In this document: piece after piece, positions 53,001-64,000 of the stretch
Numbering within the stretch: position 1 is the first letter of the stretch
Layout of the letters: each line of letters starts with the position of its first letter
Assembly: GCA_002633005.1 (NCBI GenBank)
Contig: NMRA01000283.1
Location: 1 to 64,000, forward strand
DNA length: 64,000 nt
Source: Phoronis australis
Lineage: Eukaryota; Animalia; Phoronida
Direction: 5' to 3'
The notes under the pieces: model-generated
The model's input: only the letters and a program-made list of their open reading frames with translations
What the model was told of the DNA's origin: nothing
The model's database searches: none
Position numbers and translations under genes: made by a program

Positions 53001-56000
53001 AATGCCGATGGACTATTTAAAAGTGACTGCAATATTCGCTGCTACTTTTACGACTTGCAGGTTGTTTTTGTGCTTCTGTCTGTTGCATACATGTATAACT
53101 GGCTATTTTTCCCGCTTTGTTCCGATTCTCGTCTTTCTTTGTGCTTCCCGCTGGTCGTTTTTGCCGCCCCTCCCCCTCAATGTTGAGACCCCACTGTCAC
53201 TGTACCGCCCCGAGGACGGACCCCTCCCCCATGCTATGCTACTGCTTCTACCTGGCCTGATTTGGCAATTCGCAAATTATTTTAAAAACGGCAAAGGCAA
53301 ATGTGGAAACGAACATAAATTAATTTTAAGTGACGCTTGCCTTTGCGTCCGAACTTTTCACGTATCTTCACGGTGGTGCAGTGAGTTGTAGACGCATGCA
53401 GACAAATTGTTTTCGTTTTGATAGTTTAGCGAGTCGATACACTGATGTACTGGACAACGGCACTTTTCATCAAACAACTCAAGTGGAAAGTATGAACAAA
53501 ATGTTTGAGAGAACTAGGTTACTAGACATTCTGAAATCACCATGCCTGCATGTATGTAGACAGTACTGGAACATATACTTGAACCAAAAATGTACGCGTT
53601 TAAAGTGGGTTGAGAAAATACGTTGGGATATACATCCGTGCGCCAAATGAACAGTATCACGTGTTTTCCGTTTCAAACTGAATAAGTTTGTACATTTTAA
53701 AAAATGAATAGGTATACGCATATAATGCAACTGAAGTAATGAGCGTAGTGTTGAGAAACGGAATTTGTGGAACACGCAGTCAGTTTTGAATAACATTGCG
53801 GTACTATGCTTTTGAAACGTTTGTATATATTCGTTGAGAATAGATTAAAGTTTGCCAAGCATTTCATAATCAGTTCTTGTACTTTGCCATACATGATTAT
53901 GATTCATGAGCGCACTTTCGGAGGTCAGAGATTTAGAAATTTAAACTATTTTATCCCTACTTGTATTGCTGGAGAACAAAGTCCGCTATTAAATCTTTGA
54001 TTTGATTCACCCTTTACAGGTAGCTATACCGAACGGCGCTTGGCAAATCATGGCGTTTTAAACCTTGCTTGCCATTGCGTACGAGCTTTTATGCAGTTTA
54101 AAAAACAACAAAGAAACAACGTGGCAATAAATTGGCTGAAATTAAGATGACAGGCGCTTTTTGTTTTTTGTTAGCATTCTAAGTTTGGCCTAAAATATAA
54201 AATGATCATCTGTGTGCGTCGTAAAGATCGTTGGAATAGCAATAAAAATAATAGAAATGCTTGAAAACAATCTTCAAATTGTCGACAAAACAGTTTGATT
54301 TACTGTATTAGCTGTTGTTTTGAAATTTTCAATTAATGATAGTGTGTTCAGGAAATGAAATGCACGTTCCGAATAACCTTTTGGCACGTACTCAGATGAG
54401 AACACTGCGCCCTGGCTTGCAGCAGCACGAAGCTCAGTATTAGAACGTTGCACATCATTATGACTAGTAAAACAAGAAAAACACCACGTAAAAATGTAAA
54501 TCATGTAACAGGCACGTCCTCAGTCGAACTCTCCAGTGCCATGGATGTCGATAACTGCATCCCGTTAATACTATGTTTCAAAATGTCGGGCATTCCTCAG
54601 ATGAAACAAGGGAAGAAAAATGCATTGCTCATCCAGCACCTATATTTGTCTTCTTTGTCAATTTCTTTGCAAGACGAAACGCACTGATACACATTTGCAT
54701 GCATTGCAGTAATGAATTATATAACAATTAAGAAATGAGATAGGAGTAGCAAATAAGAAAGTAGGACAAGTGCTTGATACCTATGTTGCATTGTGGGTAA
54801 ATAACTTAGAATGAAAGCTTTCTCGGCATTTCAGAAAATGCCTGTAAGCTATGTCCATCCAGTTCAGTGTCTTTAACATTTATTTGTGGTAACATAAAAC
54901 AATGCACTGGTTTGCAGTTGACCAATGTGTATCAGAATGACACTAGCAGAAGAATTATAACGGTTCGAAAGATACTGCCAGAATTCAACACAGCGAAACG
55001 AGGTCGCAAGACGTGAATCAACTATCGGTTTAGAAGAAACAATACATATTATACACTGTTGTGTGAAGTACCTTGTGTTTAAATGAATCAGTATGAAAAG
55101 TCTGTGCGTGCACTTAAACATGACTTGAACGAGCTTGAAGAATACCGACAAATTTCCCTCTAAAAGAAACTAGTATTGTGTTAACACGGTTCTTAGATAT
55201 TGCTCATTAACGGAGTCTAACAAAACATGTCGAGGACATCCCAGTCACAATTCCACGAAGTGTTTCGCATGTGGGCTCGTTACACAACCATAAATGGATG
55301 CAAATTAAGTAGCACATGTATCGAAATACCTGACCTATGTCGTTTACGTTAGATAAACGCCTACTATGGCTGCAGGTAGTACATCGGAGGGGGCGCCACG
55401 ACGTTTAGCTGCGATGACATTGGTGACGCGATGTATGCTTTTGTTTGTTGGCTCATGGGCTAGGCAAATTACGTGTCCACTTGTCAGATGTTAGCCTACG
55501 TCTGGAGGACGAGTAGTATAACCCGAAATCAATTTAATCGTTAGGTGGCCTACATAAGTACATAGCTACAATCTCACTTTACGAACAATTTCCCATAAAT
55601 AATTCAACACTTCTATGTCTCGTTTTGACTTTTGTGAGGTCGACTGTTGGAATATGCACGTAACTCAAACTATTTTAAAGAATTGTTTTTCGTCGTTAAT
55701 AAAAACGTAGTGTTACAAAAACACCTAGAAGAGTGGAATAAATAAAATATCTTACCACCGCGCAGAGGATTGAGGTTTGGTGACTTTACGCAGAGCTTGT
55801 TCTATCACGTATAGCAGCAAGTTTAGTGCCTTCCTTGAGACAAAAGAGAAAAATTCAGCTACCACTTCTCCTCAAAGTGTAACGAAGTCGATCCACCAGA
55901 ATGACAATGTGGAAGATGTTTTCCGACGCCCGTCGCGTATTTCGCCTAAAGCGTTAGACGTGCTTGGCGATCTTGGGCAGGTTTCGCATTATTTTGTTTT

Positions 56001-56599
56001 AAAGATTTAAGGGCTTAAGCTTTAGTAAATGTTTTTTTCTGGTTAAAGCACTCCTTACCATCGTTTTAACAACCTTACCGAAAATAGATTGGGATTCGGA
56101 ATTCCTTGTTATATAAATTCTTTTGCCCTGCGTGTGGGCAACCATCATGAGGTCATAAAAAGCACAGATAAGTCCCCACTGTTCAGTTACAATTTAGCAC
56201 CATTATGACATGGGACAAAAATACACCCTTCATATTATCTCGCAAAAGTTCTGCTTACTGTATGGTCTTCTCTCGGCAAAATGATATAAACATGTCGTAG
56301 TGAGAACACAAGATCATGGCTTGAAAAATTAAAGCAAAGTGTTGAGAATACAGTAAAAACAACGAAGAGTAAAGTCAAGCAGTCATGGTTATGTTCATGA
56401 GTCCCTCGGATGATGCAGCTGAAGAATAGCAGCCTCCTTTGAATGGCGCGTCGCAAGGCCTATACTACTGATGACGTACTTGGTACTTCTTGCACCCTCT
56501 AGTGGTGATCTATAAAAGTTGTTGAGGCTATGTAGGACCTTATTGACAAGTTTGTGCTTTTAGCTAAATGTCTAAAAACTATAGAGTATAGAAATACAA

Positions 56600-57360
56600 T
56601 TTATCCCATACGCGTTGAATCAGTCGACCGAGTGCAACACGGACATGTAATAATGTTTTCCGTACTCACCTCCCGCACTACTTCAATAGTGACCTCTGAC
56701 ATGGAAAGTTCAAAAGGTAGGTCAATGTCGACTCGACGTCTTTAGCCGATTCGACCATCAAACATTCCGAAAATAGTTTAGTGTAATACACTTGCAGCAG
56801 TGTAAATAACACTCAACGTGCAATCGGGTCCCAGTCGTAACATCTGGAACAGGCTGTTAATTATATGACAGTTCTGTCTCAGTTTTCAATTGCTAAATAG
56901 TACATCGTCTGCAACTCAGGCGCCGACTCCTTGATAACTATAATATCAAATATTGGTGTTATTTAACTATTTTCAGATGTTACATGTCCAATGCACAGTT
57001 ACCCATGTTTTCATCTTTGTTATCTTTTTTCAAGTATTAAATCGTTACATTTAAAACTCTTTCTTTTACTAAAGAAAACTTGCAACTTAACGCGCAAGTA
57101 CTTGCATATAGGATGTGATCCGCCACGTGAGCAGTCTGAGTGAAGTATTTACAAAATCTGCCGAAAAAAATGAAAGAAACTTAGGAATTTGAAGTGCATG
57201 GGATAAATACTAAACGTACCTCGATTAGCGTAGATGAAGTAATATTCCACTCGACATTATTCCGCGCCTCGACCTCGACCTTCGGTCTCGATCGATACGC
57301 GGAATTGTGTCTCGTGGGATATTACTTCATGCACGCCACTCTCGGTACTTTTTTGTATGT
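56600..57360 (+). mobile_element. Interspersed repeat, Helentron/HINE-like, copy 2
   Basis: tttatcccat at 56600 and atgggataaa at 57198-57207, followed by a long imperfect hairpin at 57216-57348. No ORF. Confidence 0.65.
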
Positions 57361-57922
57361 ATTTTCTACAAATAGAAAGACAGATTGATGTTTGGACTTC
57401 TCACCAATATCCCATTAACCGAGTCACGTGACTACGCTTTTAGTAAACTTAAAGGTACATTGATACATGTAGCTTATTTCATAATGTTATGGTTATGGTT
57501 TTCTTGAATATCATTTCGTTTTCGATTTCAAGTGTCTCATTTCTTCTGCTTGAAGGACACCAAAATAGGACTTTTCATGAATCAACTCTACAGTTGCATG
57601 AAACGTTCGATATTTTTGAAAACTGTAACAGCGTTTTTGAGATTCCATATTTAACATTAGCATCAAACGACATGTGAGCATGCTACTGGTACCGTTGTTT
57701 TTCTATTAATCTACCTTTCCTTATTTGCTACTTTACAAAAAAGTCATGGTCACGTGACTTTTTACAGCAGATTAGTAAAAAGTGAACATTCAAATTCTAC
57801 AGGGTTTCTATTTTCGGAAAAGTTTTAGCACGATTTGACCCTGTGTTATACAAATATTGAAACTGATCAACACCACCATGTTATGCCTTTGTCAGTAATG
57901 AAAACTTTACTAACTTTGTCAG

Positions 57923-58062
57923 GACTCGCGGCATCCGACGACGAAAACAGACTAGTTTCTAAGTTGATGGAAAAGTATAACCCAAATGTTCGACCTGTGA
58001 TGAACGCATCGCACGCTCTTCGGGTGTCTTTGGACGTGGCTCTCAACCAAATTGTTAATATG
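57923..58062 (+). CDS. Nicotinic acetylcholine receptor subunit, exon 2 (140 bp)
   Basis: ttgtcag|GA...AATATG|gtgagc. Encodes LAASDDENRLVSKLMEKYNPNVRPVMNASHALRVSLDVALNQIVNM, the ExRLxxxLxxxYxxxxRPV N-terminal motif of nAChRs. 140 bp equals the CHRNA7-type exon 2 size. Confidence 0.93.
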
Positions 58063-58447
58063 GTGAGCTAGTTTAAATACATTTTACACCATCTAATCAT
58101 GTAAGAGGGTTAGTGTTCGATGTCGGAGGTGAGCGGCAAAATGTTTTAAAATGTCAAATGGTAACGCATTTCTGCATGACACGTTGTTGTGACATACTGT
58201 AGCATATTGTCCACAAGGCACAATATATGTCAGCGTTCACGGCATATATAATGTCACTTTCGGCACTTGTCGCTTTCATGGGGAGAGGGGCGGCAACTGA
58301 ATATATGTCGAGAGCGACAATTTATCAATATATGTCTCAACACACGCATTAAATTAAATTAGTTTGTATTTCCAACAGATCACGTCGGTGATATGCTTAA
58401 ACGCACGCCACTATCAGTTTAAGTGTCATTTATACAACTTATTTCAG

Positions 58448-58492
58448 GATCAAAAATACCAAATTCTGGTTTCCATGGTTTGGCTACGAATG
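58448..58492 (+). CDS. Nicotinic acetylcholine receptor subunit, exon 3 (45 bp)
   Basis: atttcag|GAT...ATG|gtaagt. Encodes DQKYQILVSMVWLRM (DExNQ-like motif and loop D Trp). Matches the conserved 45-bp nAChR exon. Confidence 0.93.
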
Positions 58493-61400
58493 GTAAGTAC
58501 AGTGCCGGGGTTGCATTCCGTAGACGCTAGAAGCTCGCGAGTGTAGCAAGTATGGTCACGTGTTCCGCTTGCAGTGCATAGCGATATCTCCGAAGCGCGA
58601 TGTTACGTTTTCGCGACCTTCTCGCAACTACAGAACAACACCCATATTCCCTGTGCCCGTGGGTGTTATATACTAAAATGATCTTCGTGCACATGTAGGA
58701 AACGAAAGAAGAATGGCCTATCGTGGGATTAGAACAAAGCTACAAAAAGTAACATGCCAGCTAGTTGTATGAAGACTGACGTCAAAATACAGCTAGGAAC
58801 CGCTGTCTGTTAATTTCACAGTAAGCCTCGTAATTCCACACAGCTCGGGTAGTTCTGCTCGTCATGGCCTAGTAGTCGGAAACGTATTATGAGCAAGTAG
58901 AGCTAACGCTCGACGGGGTGCATGCAAAGTCTGAAAGTCAACCGACTTTTACCTTGCCCGTTACAGCCGTTAAAATAAAAGTCAACCTAATAAAAGCCAT
59001 GCTCGTGAATACGTTTCCGGCTTTTGTCACTACGGAAAGTCCTATTGTCAAGTTGAAAACAGTAAACTTTACAGCAAAGTTAACAAGTGTCTTGTCTTGC
59101 AGTAGAGGATTGCATAGCTAATCAGACGTTAGAGAGATTTCGCACACGTTATGTTACAGAATAACGAGAACCGAATGCGATGTACATGTAAACGATACCA
59201 CGAACACAGGTTTAGCTCATTGTATCTGCTTCATTTTAGTTAAAACTTTATAAAACCATTTTTGACGCAAGTTAGTTCAGTCGATCCTTTAGCCCGAGAT
59301 ATTGCTTATTCAACACAATTCCAAACATGCTCTAATTTAACTGAAATGAATATGAACAGTTTAGTTTAATTTACGTTTTGGTGGTGCACCACCACCTACA
59401 ATGGCCGCCGCAGTGAGTGACAGCTGACTCGTGTATTACGGACTTGTTTTGAGCATTACTTGGTTGAAGTTTCGACTGAACTTACTTGCGTTAAAATCCG
59501 TTTTTTGAAGCTGTTAACTAAAACAAAGCAGAAAGAGCATATTTAGATGTAGCTGTTGCAACTCTACGTAATGAATTTGTCAGTTGGATGTTCGCTTTTA
59601 AGCAAAAACTCTTAAGGCAAAACATCAAACAAGTTACCGGGTCTAATCTCCGGACTCAAAATAGAACTCGAATTATTTTTAGTATTTTTCGTTCTACTGT
59701 GATACTAACTTAAGATTAGTATATTTTATTCTGGTCTCCAGTATACTTCAGTTTAGGCATATGAGTATCTAAGCTCGTACTGGATGGTGACTATATTCGA
59801 GCTAAAAACTCGAGTTCAAACTAGAGATTTGTAGTGAAATCTCAAAATTTTGAATTCATATTCGAACTTATAGCGGGTCATGATAAGACAATCACCTGCG
59901 TAAATCATTTTACAATTGAGCAGACAATGATAGACATTATTTATTCAGTTCGTAGTACAGTAGAACAGAAATTATCAAGTTAATTCCGAGACTCTGGACC
60001 CCGATTAATAGAAACCACGATACGTTGGTCGTAGAAAAATACTTCTTACTTTGAGCATGAAGTTTGGGGAGGAAAATCATTTTGATAAGGCGAAACGGCA
60101 AATGTAATGTAGTAATGTGCACGATAATGGTTTTATCACATTCGTTCTTTCAGTACACGGAAGTCCATAGGTTTTATATCATTTTTGAATTTGTTCAGTG
60201 AGGAAAGAAGGGCAGTGATAGTGATAGTTAGGAAAACTGCCTGTACTAAATACAGTAGTGTTATAATGAACATTTATAGAGTGTTTTTCCGGTCTATATC
60301 TGACCTGCTGTATAGTTGTTCTCTGGAGGGTTGACAAAAATACGAGTTCGAAAGAACACGCATGCAAGTTGCCAGCAGGCAACACTATCGCGTAGTCAAT
60401 AAATTCAGTCTACATGCTGTATAAATAAGGCGAGAATGATATTTCACTTTTATTTACCTGATATTATTACAGTTACAAAACTTAAAAAATTTTAGCTCAA
60501 CCGATATGTATCCACTGGAGTACATGTTCAATATGAATAAGGTTTCGAGTGACGTTTTTCTCTTCTCCACTTCCGCCCGGAGATTATCGCTTAACCCACC
60601 CACCGAAAGATCCTAGTGGCAGCGCTCTGCAGCTCTGTGGTTCTCTACGTTTGTTACATGTTTTGTGATATTGAGGCGCGGAATCTGTGTAGCCAGCACT
60701 AAGATTGGGTTTTCGATGACGTACCCCTCAGAGTTTTTTCCTGAAACTTCACAACACAAACTGATTAACTGGTTAATGGTGTTCCATGTATAAATTGATC
60801 AAACGCCATCGATCATTTGTAGTCGGTTGATGCACTTGTACAATGTAAACTAATTTACCGTGTATACTGGTTTTAAGTTCAAGCTCATTGAATGAAATGT
60901 GTACTGTAAAAACTAAAGGTAGCAAACGCCATCTCATTCGTACGATGGTAGAGCTGCATGTGATTAGAGTTTGCTTTCTTGCTCAAGAGTACTCACTCAT
61001 TGACGACCACTACAAGTACCTTTCGAAAGCAATTAAGGTTGATGAATGGATAGTTGACACTTCGATAATGAAAACAGCTTTTTTACCAGGTTGTCTTAAA
61101 CCTTGTTATGTGATGGCTTACTTAAAGCCTATCTTGAACGGTAACACATGTAAAGTTGGTTCCTAGAGTATGAGCCCTCTAGTTCCATAAATTGTCAAGT
61201 ATAACAACGAGTTAGGCATATTAGTTTGCTTTTGTCTACGTCACCGCGAGAATCACCTTTTAATTCAAACAGCTGCTAATATACCCGCACGCAATAGTGT
61301 TCTATTCAAACCCCTATTCATACAACTGTTATCGGCCTTTAGTTCTTTGTGCTGAGATCTCGCGGTTACGCAATATGGCACGCAAAGGCAGCTTCATCTA

Positions 61401-62654
61401 TAATTTGACGGGCCTACATTAGCGTGATTAAACTCGCGTTTTCTTTTTTTGCTAGGGCTTTGCCATAACTACCCAGTTAACCCAATAAACCTAAAATAAC
61501 AAAATTCCGTTGAGGTTAGGTTTTAAGCCTTTATTCTGCTATTGGTTGGTTTTGTTGTTGTCTTGATAGTCTCCTCAAGCAATTTTCCACTAAGTAGCTC
61601 CCCAAAGTACGCCTACGTGACTATAATTGAAAAAGTTTCGGAATATGAACCCATAGACTTAGGTTTAGAGCCACAGCTATAGTTCTTTGTAGGGTATCAA
61701 AAACAAGTACTTATTTACGTTCACAGGTCATTATCAGTTCAGTAAATAAGGTTCCCATTTTTGGTGGTCATGTCGTTTTTAGGAATATAATTACACCAAA
61801 GTATGAATCAAGCACAAATCACGTTTTTGTGAGACATTATTTATTTATAGGACCCTCGTTTCCAAAACTTCGCCTGGGTTAACTTTTTTGCGTACCAGAA
61901 CATGCCCAAAGTACATGTACGCCGTAGGGGTTGGCTATGACAAAAATCACGGTACGCGCATTCGTTTTTAGATATACGGTTAGATAAAGTAAACACGAGT
62001 TAATTTGCCTAAACAATGTATGCGGACAATTAATCAAATCTCCAATTGTGAAAGGTCGCAAATTGTCTTGAATGTTGTGTTGTTTTTATTATCAATGTCA
62101 AAGTGAACTTTTCTAATTTCCGATTCCACATCCTTGATAGTTGTTTGTTTAAGCTATTGGCGTGTACGTAATGCTTATAGACGTAGTAGCTGAATTCTAC
62201 AAATGGAAATAATAGGCTTTTAAACACCCATTACTGACCTCTTGAAATTAGGTTAAATAGTTTTTAATAATTCATCACTCGATTGAAGTTTATGATAAAA
62301 GTTCATTTTCTAAATAATATATAACGCTGCGTAAACACGACTTTTAGTGAACCTTTGGCCCGTGCGGCCGTTATTTTGCATTTTTAATTTCACGGTGCTC
62401 ATTTTTAAACTAAGAAAACCCCTATGCCAAACTCAAGCGGTTGACGGCAGATGACAATGTCCTTAGTTACCTCCGCGGCGACACATCAATGGGGGGTCTA
62501 CTGTGGGATTCAGAGAGTTGTGTCCGATATTACAATAAAACCTGATTAAAACAGTCCTGAAGTTGATGAATCGATTTTTTGGCTTTTGAGTATTCTACTT
62601 GTTGACATGTCTTATGTAGGGTTCTTATGCTTCATTTTGCCGATTTCCCTTCAG

Positions 62655-62764
62655 TACTGGGTCGATGACCACTTGGTGTGGGAACCCAAGGACTACGGAA
62701 ACATCACCAGCATCCGGTTGAAGACACAAAATGTCTGGATCCCGGACATAACACTGTACAACGA
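62655..62764 (+). CDS. Nicotinic acetylcholine receptor subunit, exon 4 (110 bp)
   Basis: ccttcag|TAC...AACGA|gtaagt. Encodes YWVDDHLVWEPKDYGNITSIRLKTQNVWIPDITLYN (WxDxxLxW, and WxPDIxLYN loop A). Matches the conserved 110-bp exon; ends in phase 2. Confidence 0.95.
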
Positions 62765-63849
62765 GTAAGTATGAAAATTGCTCCACCTGGTGTGAGTTTT
62801 GCCATCTGAAGACTGCTATGTTTTGGACTGATTTTCTTTTTATTGCTTATTATCTGATCAACAATTTTTATCTTAAAGCTGTTATTGAACCCGAAATTTG
62901 TTTTTAGTGAGCTTTACATATAAAATTGGCGCAGTGGCCCTAGCCTGTTCACCGCTATAAAATTGGTACCAGCTTGTTCCTTACCCTTATGAGATGTGAC
63001 TTCAGAGTTTGCAAGGACCTGACAGTGCGTTGAAACTCCCATGCCAAATGACGTCGTATGGAGGTCGCAAGGTATTGCTCAGCTTGCGAGATCCATGCGA
63101 TGGGCATAAGCGCGTCGCATGGTTATGACCTATAGGAGGCTACCGTTGTTTTTCTTTGTTGCATCTTTGATGGATATAACAATGCAGGGCGCCTGGATAC
63201 AGTACCTTGGGCGCACATCAGCCGTTACCGATAAATACTTGCCATTATCTTTATTATAAGAAAGAAAAACAAAGCGACAAATGGATACACTTATCTACCG
63301 ATCTCTATGCGACCAACTTATGACCTAGTTTTCCGATACCTCGGCTCATAAAATAAACAGCCGTGACATAGCGATTCCGTGTGGAACTTGGTCTCAAATC
63401 AATAATACATTGCTTGCCAATTGTTTGGAAGCTCTGAAATGTTCTCCAATTAGACTAAGACGCAATCGCGTGGTTACCAATTTGGTAACGGCATATGGTT
63501 TAAATCAAAAGTTAGTTTTCATGTTGGAAGGCCTGTTCACAACTGCATTAACAAATTAAAAGTTTTGATATTATGCACGTATAGTGTTTATATACTTTAT
63601 AAAACTGGTTCTCGAGCGCGTGTGACTACATAACATCGAATGAGAAGAGGTAAGATCTTATAAAATTACAAAATCGATTGTAAACATGATATTCTGTAAC
63701 ATTTAAAACAGTGTTTCATACTTGTTTTATCTTTTGCAATTTGAAATATGAGTCATTGACTAATCTGTACGAGAAAATGACACATTCCCGGCGGAAATTA
63801 TCTCTCTACCACTACTAAACCATTTAAATGTCTCACATCACCTTTTCAG

Positions 63850-64000
63850 TGCTGGCGATAAAGGCATGAAAAACATTTTATTCTATAATGTCAAGTATAC
63901 GAGCGATGGCAACGCCTCCTGGTTAGCTCCGATATTATTTACGAGTTCATGTAAGCTCGAGCTGGCAGCATTCCCATACGATTTACAAAAGTGCAACTTA
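63850..64000 (+). CDS. Nicotinic acetylcholine receptor subunit, exon 5 (partial, contains the Cys-loop; runs off the window)
   Basis: cttttcag|T GCT..., phase 2 completing GAT. Encodes (D)AGDKGMKNILFYNVKYTSDGNASWLAPILFTSSCKLELAAFPYDLQKCNL, with the C-x13-C Cys-loop containing FPYD. Confidence 0.95.

Larger units (their letters stand above)
40021..64000 (+). other. Gene span: Cys-loop ligand-gated ion channel / nAChR subunit (alpha7/alpha9-10-like N-terminal domain), 3'-incomplete
   Basis: join(40021-40069?,57923-58062,58448-58492,62655-62764,63850->64000) is open with compatible phases. Loop C and the TM helices lie outside the window, so alpha versus non-alpha cannot be called. Confidence 0.75.

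Noticed and set aside
52951-53391. 146-aa ATG ORF in intron 1
   Set aside because: No recognisable motifs, and composition is driven by low-complexity T/C-rich sequence.
57835-57922. In-frame upstream ATG (MPLSVMKTLLTLSG) as the start of the receptor
   Set aside because: Poor signal peptide. A good acceptor at 57922 gives the canonical 140-bp exon, so a separate exon 1 is favoured, though this start is not formally excluded.
58860-58930. A-box-like tggcctagtag suggesting a tRNA or SINE
   Set aside because: No B-box (GTTCRA) at the right spacing and no cloverleaf.

Overview
Eukaryotic, AT-rich invertebrate animal genomic DNA from a draft assembly (one 552-N gap, two single-N joins). It is not prokaryotic, and nearly all ORFs in the supplied track are spurious. 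The left half (1035-27049) is dominated by ~20 kb of a degenerate, CpG-rich 10-bp satellite (consensus TATACGCGTC) with multi-kb higher-order structure. The satellite is part of a tandem segmental duplication (6045-16532 / 16533-33508). A second ~2.5-2.7 kb duplication (34755-37262 / 37264-39994) is joined at a single N and is probably two uncollapsed haplotypes. The right half holds the 5' part of a + strand Cys-loop nicotinic acetylcholine receptor subunit gene: exons of 140, 45 and 110 bp, then a Cys-loop exon running off the window end. A probable signal-peptide exon 1 at 40021-40069 sits behind a CRE and TATA promoter, ~17.9 kb upstream of exon 2. The long first intron contains a decayed LINE, two Helentron/HINE-like elements and several MITEs. 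TACATGTA, a Tc1/mariner excision-footprint-like octamer, is strongly over-represented and appears twice as a CATGTA insertion distinguishing duplicated copies.
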